A stretch of 64,000 bases of DNA, taken from Tubiluchus corallicola (lineage: Eukaryota; Animalia; Priapulida). The position numbers and the translations under genes were made by a program. The stretch is taken from assembly GCA_030141605.1 (NCBI GenBank), contig JAQGDQ010000317.1, positions 1-64,000 on the forward strand. Direction: 5' to 3'. Under the pieces are notes generated by a model. The model was not told the DNA's origin, ran no database searches, and worked only from the letters and a program-made list of their open reading frames with translations. Positions 1-12,662 of the stretch are shown here, piece by piece; positions within the stretch are counted from its first letter, which is position 1; each line of letters begins with the position of its first letter.

Positions 1-259
1 AAATGAAATTTTCTGTTGTGCATGACTGCCATTTTAAACACAATTAATTGACCTACCTTTCATATAAATTTTGTATCATCAAAACAAAGATATTTCAAAA
101 CAGTTTTGAAGTTTATCTATGCTGGAAAAGCTATTCTGCGAGATGTGCAGTGTACACTAGAAAACATTACTATATAAAGAACTGACTGTGATGAATTCAC
201 TGCAGCCATGGTCTGTTATGGATTTGTTTGATGATGTGGAGCCATTGTGTGCAACTGCC

Positions 260-298
260 TATATAGATACACACACACACACACACACATATTTATAT

Positions 299-329
<31 letters not shown>

Positions 330-448
330 AAGAAATAAAATATATCTATATATATATCTATATATATATATATATATATATAGATATATATATAGATATA
401 TTTTATTTCTTTATATTTTTATATACATATACATATATGCACATATAC
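260..448. repeat. (CA)n/(TA)n microsatellite
   Basis: Direct reading of the sequence. Confidence 0.95.
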
Positions 449-531
449 AGAAATGCAGGCTGATTAATATAAATTTCTATCTTATATGTATATGTATATA
501 TAGGAATTTATATCAACCGGCCTGCATTTCT
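449..531. other. Inverted repeat/hairpin with 32-bp arms and a 19-nt loop
   Basis: 449-480 AGAAATGCAGGCTGATTAATATAAATTTCTAT pairs with 500-531 at 28 of 32 positions. Confidence 0.75.
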
Positions 532-1311
532 AAAAAATTAACATGGTAAAAATAACATGAGACCATAGATATTTCTCCTGCTGTCTTTCAGCGTGACTGA
601 ACTAATAAAAAAGACAATCCAGAATTGTACAGAGAATACTGAAGGAGTCTTGAAGTTCATGTGATGTTCTGCACAGAATATGCATATTACCAGTCTCTAC
701 TGTACAAAACTCAAACAGCAAGCACCACCCTTGAGAAATAATAGCGCATACAATGATTTCACGCAATTGCACTAAAAATTTAATTTTTGTTGAGGAGTGT
801 TTCTTTAGCAATATCAGATGCCTTTGGTAATATTTTTCCATTATGAACAAATTCTATGCAAATTTGAACCATTCCCAAAAATGAGTGACTTGGGGAAATT
901 AAAAGACTTTGTGGCTTCATGCAAATGTATTGAAAGTATGTTTGTCATTTATTTCTTGACAAGTGAATTTTTCTAAAACAACATGTTTAATGCAAAGTAA
1001 TCAGGAGGTGCTACTACGTAGTAAAATCTTTCAGAGGTAGTTTGAGTGTTTCACTCATAGTTTCTTGCATTTAATTACAGTATACTTAACCAATTAAACA
1101 CAAAAAGGACTTGCATAAAATCTTGTGGATCTTGCAGTCAACTCAGTTTTGTATTTACAAAATAAAAGATTTATAGGCGTGACTTTTAAACTACCTTTAC
1201 ACAACCATTAAATTGTTACTGTTTATGCTAATTATTCATTTAGAGAAAAATAGGTTTAAAACACATGAAGTTCTTTCTTATTGTTTTTTAGCTATTTTAA
1301 TATTTTTGTAG

Positions 1312-4300
1312 GAATGAAACTATAGATTGGCTTACACCATTGCTGCAGAATTCATCTACTGCGGTTGTAGTTCTTTTCTGTCGCGGGACAATAGAGAGAT
1401 GTAGAATTTATCAAACAGGAAACTGGTGGCAGTTCCAGAAACAGATTGGAGGTTTGCAACATTCACTTGCATTATTTTCAGTAAATTTTGAGAAAGCACT
1501 TACCTACAAAAGATAAATGATTAGCACTTTCCTGTTTAAACAATGTATTTACAACAGTGATGACTGTTTCTGATGAAAGTGTTTGCAGTACAATTTCATT
1601 ATCCTACCCCAAGTTTTTGTTAAACCGCTATTTGATATTGACCTTAAACTTGTGGCCTGTCTCATGTCAAAACCATGTTTTTTCTGCCAATTTGTTTTGG
1701 CATTGTCTTTTCGATTTCATACATACTTGTCTAACACTATAGAATCTTTTAAGGAATGTTAATAGCTTTCAGGATAAACTTGAATCGGAAACAAGTGTAT
1801 AATGAGAGTAACACTTTGCCACATTATTTAATCATTTTTCTTACTATAAAATTGCAATGTGACCTTGCCATTAGACTTTCTGGTCTTAGCAGAATGGTGG
1901 TTCTAAGGTAGTTCTAGGGACATATACATCTTTATTAATCACATTTTGATTATTTATTCCCATTGGGAAGGACAGCAAAAGGCAAACAGACAACATTGAT
2001 GATGGCCGTAAAGTCCCCACATATGATATTATACGCTTTTATTAGCATTTGCTAACATGACACCATATTGCATGCCTTCATATGATGTATGCCTTTGCAT
2101 TTCATTGTTTACAAAGAAATTAAATTATTTTAGATTGGAATAACATAGTTCTTGATGCACAAACGGTTGACTGCAGTGTCTATGATATTGTGTGCTTAGA
2201 ATTTAACATCAGTCGCTACCCTACTATAAAGGTAACTTTCATTTTCTTTTCTTCTGGAAGTCTTCTAGTATGCATAGAGTCTGTATTTGAACTTTTGTAA
2301 AGTAACACAACTGTAGTAGAAAGTTTGATGTGTAACTGTAGATCATAAATGAGCAATCGTGAGTTAAAATTGTTAGAGGGGAAAGCTTGGAATACAGCAC
2401 TTGAAGTGTTTACACTAAGATTACTATCATTTGAATGATTTTTCTCAAATATTCTTTAATATTTGGTGAAGTACAATGTGGTAATCGATGCAGCGAGATA
2501 CTGTTTTTGAGGACAGATATATGCACTATTATGCAGCTTCTGGATATTTTTAGTGTACGATGTAGTGTATACTTACATTGTAGACGTTAGTACAACATGT
2601 ATGCAAAATTGTAAAAATAGTGAAATATAGAGGCTTTATATTGTTGGGCTTCAGTAATTGTACATTATCTATGCTAACTTATTTATTTTGGATTCAGTTT
2701 ATCAAATTTCAATGTTGGTTATTATTGCACCTTTGCTGTTTCTGTGTTAAGTTTCTCAAAAGAAAGTTGAACTTATTTTAGTTTTTCAGAGCTAATGAAC
2801 AGTTACCTGACGTCAGCACTCAGCTACATGGCCGACCGTCTGTACGCAGACTCTTGAGAGTTTCTTTGGTACACATTGAATCACATGATGCTGACAGACG
2901 TCCTGACCAATGGCCAGATCTCGGCAAAGTTGTGTAATGAACTGATAACTGCATTTTGCTGTTTTTTGGGGTTTATTGTTTGATCTGAATGTTATGCTGA
3001 AATGTGATTTGTTAATTGTTCTTAGTAACAGTGAACAGATCTTTAGCTAGTGGTCAGTTTTATTTAGAAGTGGCATTTTGATTTGCGTTGGTGAAAACAA
3101 ATCTGAAGCTTTATGTTCAAATGTAAATCTTATGTTTTCATCCCACATATTATAACTTATTTTAGAAGACTTATTGACAGACCATAAAAATGTTAGAGCA
3201 TCGAATTCTGCACTCCTTTTTTTGTTTCTTTGTGTAATTTTAAGTTGATTAAAACCAGACCAATGCTAAATCTCATAAGTAGACAAAAATTTGTTGAAAC
3301 TGCTTAAACTTTGATTTGAAGTAAGCAACTGCCTATCACTGTGGGCGATGTTCTCCTGAGAAATTGAGAAAGCCTTGGAGTGGAGACAATTGCTAGGGAA
3401 TAAATATTCGATCAACATAGAACGTTAAAGTGTCATAGTTATTTATGTGCAAATTGATTTTTAAATGGCAACAAAATGCGACAAAAGATATCTTATATGT
3501 GAGCACGCTATGTTGCCGTTGTATTTCACAGGACACAAGATCAACTGAATAATATTCAAGCTTCTACTGATATACCTGATAGCGTAAATTACATTGTGCT
3601 GCTGAGCAAAACTCAATTTGGTGGAGGCTTCACAGTAAAACAGGTAATTTTGGTTAAAATTAATGTACATTAATGCAGTGGTCTGATAGCAACAACTATA
3701 TGGTTAAGCTAGAGCAATTGCACTGTGAGAAACTGTGATGCCAACTCAGGATTCTTTGGCAAAGGTAAGAAGTCGATATAAGATTAGGTAGCAGAGAGTC
3801 CTGCGGCACAAAGGCAGCTCTTTCATTATATCCAGATTTGAGAAAGTGGTGATAGAGGAGCTCTTAAAACTCTTCAAGACTATGTTGACAACAAGACTAG
3901 CACCCTGACGAGAGGCCCATGCTGCAAAACAGAAGAGAATGAAGAACAAATATTTGCCTACTTCTAGATGCAGATGGTTTTTGCCAACATTGCACCTGGA
4001 CCAACTACTCGGCAAGAGAGCAGGGAAAATGAGAATGAGGAAGAGGAGGGAGTTGATGTGTTGTCACATTATTGATTGGCAGAAGATGGGTAATTCATTG
4101 AAATCTGATGATTTCAAATGTAGTGAGGCCATCTGATGCTCTGATGACGTCTTTTAGTATCATCCTAATATATCAGTTGCTTGCCATAATAATGTGTAGC
4201 ATATTTGTGAAATCTTAGTTGATGGTATGCTATAAGTAATTGTGCTATAATTGTTCCATAATTTCATTGTCTAGTTTAAAAAATATGTTTTCTGGGTAAA

Positions 4301-7300
4301 TGAAATTTGTTGACATATTTTAAGTGGTAGCATTTTGATAACAGTTACAGGTACTAAACAGGTTCCTTACACACTTTTGAGTGGCAATTCAAAACTTATA
4401 AGCTTTTTTTTCATTGAACGCTTACATTTATGCTCAATGAATGGGTGTCCATCTTGAATTTCAGGGTCACAACCCGTAAAACTAATGTCAGAGTCCGAAT
4501 CCTCGTGGCCGACTTATCCAAAAAATATTTTTACATGATTCTGTATGGATTACTTCAAAAGGTAATTTTTCAAGAAGGAACTGGTGGCCATCTTGGACTT
4601 TTAGGAGGGACCTGGGGGCTAAATATTTTTATGTATGTCTATCCTTAGATATGTCATAAAAGCATGTTAGCCAGACAGTGGTCACGAAACTGACATTTTT
4701 GACGGAAACCACAACCAAATAGGAGTGAAATGTAAATGAACAAAAATCTGATACGTCTAAAATATATTATTCACAATTGTGTGTGAAAGAGTGACTTGCC
4801 TTTATACCCCAGTATCTTATTGGTGAGGAAGTTCCTTAGCTGGCTTTTATTTGCATTTTTGTTTGTACAGGTGATTTTGGATGTTGCAAACATTCAAAAT
4901 GTACTGGCTTTTGAGGCTAAACATCCATTGGATACATTCATTGCCGATGGAATAGCCGTACCTGCTCCCAATGTTCGGATTATAAGGCGTGAGGCAAACG
5001 GAACTTGGAATTCACCTGAATTATTAGATATGTAAGATATGTAGTAGAAGTGGTAGCAGTAGTGATGGTAGTTATGGTGGTGGTCTTACTCATGTGAGGT
5101 AATTATAATAACAAAATGTACAACATTTGTTAGCTGCTGTAGGCCTGCATTCAAGCTCCATATTTAAGCTTGATCTACAAAAACTTTTCTTGTTTTAGAA
5201 TCCAATAACTTTCAGAGTTAGTCATGGTAATTTAATGACGTAGTGCATAACAACGGCACATTTTGAGACTCATATGTTGTAATGTCACATCAGTAAAATT
5301 AAACTGCCCAGAAATGTGGTGCTGATAATATAAAAATTAATTTTGAGGATGTACCCTGCAGACTCTGCTTGGACAAAATGGTCAATATGGCTCTTCTGTA
5401 TCCAAAATATGTCTTACATGATTTTTGTCAAGAGTAGTAGCACTGTTTTACTCTGTTCAAATGACATTCTGTTCATTCTTCTCATATTTGTTCTTTGGTG
5501 CTCATCATCTTTGAACTTATCATTCTGGCTTTCTCTCTGAACATGCTAAATAATGGTTCAGGATGCTTAGGTGGCCTTTGTTTCTTCAAAAAATTAGAGA
5601 TATTTTGGATAGCCTGTGTAATGGTCACCAGTAATAAAACATTTTTTGCATCATTATCAGGCCACATCTGGCATCCTTTTTTTAGATGTCTTTTTTTAAC
5701 TTTTTAGCTGTGGCAGAACTGCTTTGCTTAGGTTTTCACAATTTCCATTAGTAATGAGACAGTATTCAAGTGTTAATGTGGGTCAGATCGAAGAGTTTTT
5801 GAAAGGTGATATTCACTTCATGTGTGATTTAGTAGTATGCCAATATATCAAGTTTTAAATATTACGATGCCAATTTGTTATTATGCTGTCGATAACTAAT
5901 TTACAACAGACGATTTTGCGATTGCGGAACTAACTAACATTTTATTATTCAGATCAAAATGGGGACGTGCAGACATAATGCATGCAGTCAATGAATACCT
6001 TCGTTCTCATGTTCAGCCATTGAGTAATAGCAGTAATGAAGCGTGTAAAGTTTACATGGATGATTTGGAGACAGCTCTGTGGTCTATGCTGAGCAGAGAT
6101 GTTTTTGTTAGCAATGAAGATCTTGCAAATGAGACACTGGATGCCCTTCGCAGTCTTCTCAAAACCTACTCACAGGTGAAACCGAGAATACCTTATACTT
6201 TTCAGACTGATTAGTTGCTACTAAGAAGCCTCCTGGTGGGCATCTTAGCTACACTGGATTAAATCTAGGTGTCAAGTGCATGTAAGACGTGGCGGAAGTA
6301 ATTTGTGGAGAAAGAATCGACATTAAGTGTCGACTTACTCTGCTAGATCAGAAGATGTCAGTTACTACTAAACTAATCTTATTAGTACAAAGTTGCTCAA
6401 GGCTGATGGCGAGGTGCTATCCACTAAATTTTAACAGCTTGTTTTTGTCATCCAACAGATTTATTATTATATTTTATATTGTAATTGTAATGATATTTTT
6501 CCACTAAACTAGAAAACTAAGTTAACCTAAACTGAACTGGGCTAAGTTGAGCTAAACTAAGTTTTCCTAAAGTGATACAGGGAAAGCTGGTTCTTGTAAA
6601 AAGCTGATTGTACATCCATAATCCTCGCTGTTGTTGTATTTTTCTTATTTTAGTTAAAAAGTGACTTTGTTATTTTACAGAATTTTCCAGGAACACAGCC
6701 TGTAATGAAGAAACTGAAGTCACTCAGTGACTGGGTTAATAATGAAGAAAAAGTTTCAGTTAATGATTACCTTTCAGAATTATATGCTATGGTAAGTAGA
6801 GGAATGTTGTTACAAGTCTATTATATAGTATTTAGAAAATTTTGCCGAAGGAATAACAAATGTCCTGAGTATATGAACAGTTGGATCTTTTGCATTTCAA
6901 CATGTGTCTGGATTGACAAATGCTACTTGAAACTGCTTGTCTGCTCTTAGCCAAAAACCTGCCCAGTTCCACATATTTGTAGAACATTGGGGGTAGTCAC
7001 AGGCTACTGGTAAACAGCTATGCTCTGTGCAGTAATTGTTAATTTGATAATGTGAACATGTTTTAAATAATGTGTCTTTGGTTGTTAGTATTAGTGCATA
7101 AATTTTGTATGTGGCACACATAAGTTGCTAATATACTGTAAACGAAAACAAGCAAATAAAAACTTAGCTAGAAACAAAAAGACACAAATTGGAAATTTAT
7201 ACCTTACTGTTTAGCAGGTAAATAATGAGCTTGATAATTTCGTCATGACACTATTATAAGCAGCTCAGCAAATAATAAGCACTAGCTATAAATATGTTGA

Positions 7301-10250
7301 CTTTGACATTTTAGAATCCATAATAGATCTTCAATATGTTTTATGTCATTTATGTGATGTTGCTCTGTATTCATATTCTTTTAATTTAGAATTCAAATGA
7401 GTTTATCAGGGCAGATACACAATACATTGAATGCCGAGGTAGTCAGCCACATTTACGCGGTTTCACCTGTGCAACTTGGATGACTTATCATGCGATGACA
7501 GTCCAAGCAGAGATGCTAGCAAAGAACCTTACTGACGGTAGTTTATGAAAAGTGAAAACCTTTGATTAGTCATAAAATTTCTGCATGAAAACTCATTAAA
7601 TTCTGTATTTGATAATGTGAGTATGTTAGCTACAAAATTTTTGTGCTCTGAAAATTTCTTAAATGGGCAAAATAAAATTTGAAAGTTCCCAAATATGACC
7701 GATTTGCTTTGCGGGAACCTGAGTCTCAATAATGGAGCAAAAACATTTGTTGATAACAACTCTTTTTTGAGCAGATTTACAGATTGTTATCAACAATACT
7801 ACTATTTTTGTTGCCTTATTCCTTATTCCCAAATGCAATTAACATTGCCTCTTTATACCATTATATTGGTATTTTTGAACTGTTTATTGTAAACTGTATA
7901 TGTAAGCAGACATAATTATTAGTATTCTCAATAACCATATGCACCATTACTACCAGCTAGAACCATACGTGCCTGTTACATGAATATTTCATTTGAATTA
8001 TCTCAGAATTTCCTTACCTTGATATATTCACAACATATTAGAACGTGAGTTGTTTGCTGTATAATTATGTGAGTGTTGTACGATGTAGGTGCAGTCACTT
8101 ATGCAAGGCTAGACAATAGACATTCCTTTTTAGCGTAAACATACATGTTTTCTGAAAGAAACTAACTCACTTTTAATTTTCGTTTTTTATTATATTCCAG
8201 ATGACAACAGTACACGTCCTCTTCAGGTTCTTCAAGATGGGCTTAAAACATTTGCAAAGTTTTTCTTTAAGTGTTTAGAATGCCGACGAAACTTTCTAGA
8301 AAAAGAGTCAGTCACCATGGATACGAGTGTGTATGATTATGAAGATGCTGTTTATTGGCTTTGGAAAGTTCACAACAATGTGAATCGTCGACTTGCAGGT
8401 GCTCCTACAGGTAAGTTATTAGTTCTTGATGAAATTTCCCTTTAACATTATTTATCTGTGTGAATGATAACTAAATAATATTATTCCATGCAAGAAATAT
8501 GATTTCCACTAAATTTAAAGTACAGTGTGTTTTAAAGCAAACTGCTTTTTAGAATGTATAAAGTGGTTTTTTGTCTTTGGAGATATCTGTTTTAGATATT
8601 TATTTGTAACTATTCAAGGTTGAATTAGCTTTTGTATTGCACTGCACAGGTGTACTTCCATTATATGACTGGACATGTGCTAAGTTACATCCTAACAAAT
8701 TTACAGTTAGAGATTTTAGTTTGCAGTGAATAAAATACATCTAACTTAGGGTGTTTAAAAATTTGAATTTGTTTCGTTAGTCTGGATCATTCTCTGATTA
8801 ATGCCAAAACTGCATTTGCTTTCAATGTATTATATGCTTAGCAACGATGCAATCTAGCAAAAATTGAAGAGTGTGCATTCCTGCAAAAAAAGATAATAAC
8901 AATCCTAACTGAAAACGCTACATTAATTAGGCCACGCAAGAGTTTCTTAGCAAGCTTGCAATGCTATCTGCTGGTTGCATGTTCACATAATTATTGCTAA
9001 TCAAGATTTTGTCAAACTTAGTCACATAAAACCTGCCACAGCAATCGTAGGTCTAACCTCTATGTTCAGTTTCATATTGACTGCGCAGGTATTGTTGGAA
9101 AAATATCTACAACTTATTTGCCAGTTGTTTGATTTTTTGTGCACCCATCTTTCCTGGATGTACCATGCCATAGTAATTAGATACCAACTCTATAACTCTG
9201 AATTTCTTTCCAAGGCCGCTTGATTTAGAATTACTCTCCATTTATAGTCATATGTAGATTTACATATATATTAACATGCGCCTGTTGAGCATGTGGATTT
9301 CTGTCACTTCGTCAACTGTGTCCACCCGGTTGATTCCACTGTGTCTGACTACTATTTACTGACTTTATAAACTTTGCAGAATTTCCCTAGAGTTTTGCTG
9401 ACTAGCTTAAAGTAACCATTGTGAAGTAACTCTATTCATCCAGTGGAGTGGGATGTAAAGCTAGGACATTTATAAAGATGCATCATTAGTTTGCTGCAAG
9501 GCTGCATTTGCTCCGCTAGTCATACCTTGTTCATGCATATTTAATTATTTGCAAATTGCATGCATGCTTATATGATGAAAAAATGTTGCTTATTTAAATT
9601 TGTCGTAACAGCAGCTGCAAATTTTGCTGAGAAAAATTGCTTAATTGAAGAATTGCTTAATCTAGTTAGAGATAGAAGCAATTAACGTGTAGACACATTT
9701 AACTTGTAAAATGCAAAAACATTAAAGTTTGTTTCCCACATTTCTTGAAAACTCGGCTTTTGTCTTCAGGGAAGGATCAGTAACTCATCATCTTCATCAT
9801 CGTCATCATACTCAGGGAGCAAGTCAATGTGCTATATAAACAGCAATGATGATGGTGGTGGTGGTAGTGGTAGTACTGGTAGTGGTGGTGTTGGTGGTGG
9901 TGGTAGTGGTGGTGGCAGTGGCGGCAACGGTGATGATGACGATGATGACAGTTTAGCTGCTTTGGTGTAACACAAGAGCATAATGACTAGAAAACCTGTG
10001 GAAAACAGTTTTTGTATTTTTTGGAGATCACTTTTAATACTTTTAACATTTACAGACAGCAAATTTTTGAAAATGTCTGTAATTTTTCCTTTGTATGTAT
10101 CTTCCATTTTCAGAGGACTCAGAACATCCCAAAATTCAGTTTCCATCTCCTGAGATGTGCCCATTGTGCCATGGGAAAATTGGATTTAGGCGAAGTGAAG
10201 TTCTACATTTCTTACGGAAGTTTTACAACAGGGATAGCATTATTTTATAG
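1312..10250 (+). CDS. QSOX: Quiescin-sulfhydryl oxidase (QSOX)-like protein, 5'-partial, about 496 aa visible, no C-terminal TM helix
   Basis: Ten phase-consistent GT-AG exons: 1312-1451, 2134-2231, 2782-2933, 3532-3643, 4871-5031, 5953-6175, 6681-6791, 7390-7537, 8201-8410, 10114-10250(TAG). QSOX motifs: Trx1 VDC..VCLEFNISRYPTIKFF; KVYMDDLETAL; NFPG; Erv domain ECRGSQPHLRGFTCATWMTYH, FFKCLEC, WLWKVHNNVNRRLAGAPTEDSEHPKIQFPSPEMCPLCH. The start/signal-peptide exon was not located. Confidence 0.9.
9784..9950. repeat. Trinucleotide low-complexity tract (TCA)n/(GGT)n/(GAT)n in the last QSOX intron
   Basis: Direct reading; it explains the spurious poly-Pro ORF 9832-10164(-). Confidence 0.9.
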
Positions 10251-12662
10251 AACAACTGGACGAATTTGCTTTTTACCACCGGTATCTTAGTTCATGAATG
10301 TATAGCAACTTACAAGTAGGAGTAAGTATAAGAGGATATAAAAATAGTGTTAGAGTCATAGGCCTACAGAAATGTTAGTAAGGAGATTTTAATATGGTTA
10401 AGAAGCATAAGATATTTAGCAGTTTTTTTTTCTGTAAATGCTAAATGCTTAGCTATTTTTTAAAAACGAAAATTTTATTGGAGCACAGAACTTTAGCAGC
10501 AGGGATGGATTGTAACATCATGACTGTTAGTGACATGTAGTCCCATATAATCTTATTTGTTATGCCATTTATTTATGAAAGTGACTTTTAAGACTAAATT
10601 GAACAAGCTATCTTTTAAAAAAAACCTGTGTAGAAATGTTATTCGAATACTCAACCTAACTCATTTTTAACAGCAAACCATGTGATATAACTATATTCAA
10701 TTAACAATTTTAAAATTTGATAAGGTTTATTCAATTTGTCAAGTTTAAAGTAAACTTATTCATGTATATCTGTACAAAATTACAATTGAATTCAGACTGC
10801 ATTTCCTCTAATAATACTGTTTTTATAAAAAACTCACAATTTAGTGCATTTTACTAGAATAATATCTAACTCTAACATCAGATATGTAATTATTATAGCT
10901 AAATACTGTAGTAGTCTAGCACATAGCAAGTTTATCGTCATAATAGCTTTAAGATCTTTTACTTGTATAACTTACACATTCTTGGATTTATACTGCATGA
11001 ATCTCTGTCTCATGCAAGTTTTTTCATCAGTTTCTTTCCCTTTCATAAAATATCACATATCTTTTATTATTGTCTTAAAAACTACAAACATTACAAATGA
11101 CGTTAATTTTTTTGTTACAAAGAAAAAAGCACAGAATGTCTCTATAGCTTTTCTTAACTGGGCATTGCTGCAAAATTCTTTACAAAGCGAATATAGTATA
11201 CATCACACTATTATACTTATAAATTATGGAGATGTATGAAATAAACTTACATACTTACAAGTGCAAAAGAGAGACACAAACCAAGGATGTGACACAATAA
11301 GATATTTTCACATTTCTTAACTTTTGTGCAACCATGTGAGCATATGTCCTAGTCTTGCTTCTGTCTATGTTGAGCAAATGTATTACTTTAAATTGTACTT
11401 TTTAGCATTTTAAAAAGTAATTATACATTTAAGTTCTATAATAATGTGTGGACAATTGTTTATTGTTTTGTACAATTTTGCAACAGTGGTCACTAAAAAT
11501 AAACTCAAAAACGTTTTGAGCCTCTCCATCCCCCTCCCCCCATGGTGAAAGTACTTTTATAAGTCCACTTACATGATGTTTACGGTTTTTAAAACTATAA
11601 TTAAAAGCAAAATTTGGTGCCACTACCAACTTGCTTTTTTTCTTTTAGCAATAATTAAGGAGGGTGAAAAAACAAAATATGAATCTGACATCTAGTGTAT
11701 GTACATTCGTGCTATTAACTATAGTATTAGTACAATAATATTGTTATCTTATATCTTATAAGAAAGAACATTTAAAAAAAGTATATGAAATTATGAATTA
11801 TAAAACATACAGACATTTAGTGTACATTAACTACTGAAAACATTTTATAGTGTCCGTTTACATTTTGCTGTCTGGAATTTTTAATTCATTCGTAAGGCAG
11901 ACAGTGTGTTTTATTATTGATGATGACATTTACTGTATTCCCCTAACATTTCTGTTCGTATTAACTGCTAGCTAGTGCTATTTACACTTGCTCAGAGGAG
12001 GTTATTATAATTACCAGTAATGTTCATTTTATTACAGACTTGGGATTACTTACGAGTAAAGATACTGTTCTTGTTATAATAACCTTTGAAGATATGCATG
12101 GGCTTGTCATTGCATCCTGTACTTGTAACATTAAAATTAATAGAAATCGATATGTGGCTAACTCTAGCTATTAGAATGTGCAATTTATAATTCTAGTTTA
12201 TGTACTATAATTTCTCTTGGGAATACCTCTTAAGATTATACTTTTTTGGAAGTCTGTTGTACATTTCTGGAAACAGTTGTACGTTTCAAGGTACATGTCC
12301 ATACTACACGAACTTTCAAATGATACTACATGTACTGTTTCTACTTTGATGACTACAGATAGGTAGATAGACAGATAGATAAACTATTGTACTGTCTTTT
12401 GCATACTTACATTGTTTTGGAATACATTAACCTAGCTAATTTGGCATTTCTGTAAGACGGTAAAGCACACACAACGTTTATCTTTAACGTACAATGAATT
12501 CACCACGTACATATAATTACAAATTTTAATATACCAAGCCAAAGTTTAACGATGTATCATTAGAAGTATATTTGGCTACAACTACCAAATTTACGTGTGA
12601 AGCTTATGCTGGTGACATATAAATTTGTACAAAATAATCACCGTGTTGGAAACATATACGCG

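Noticed and set aside
188-463. 91-aa ORF at the window start
   Set aside because: Mostly CA/TA microsatellite translation and not a plausible QSOX signal-peptide exon.
9832-10164. Proline-rich ORF on the - strand
   Set aside because: It derives from a GGT repeat and is antisense to the last QSOX intron/exon.
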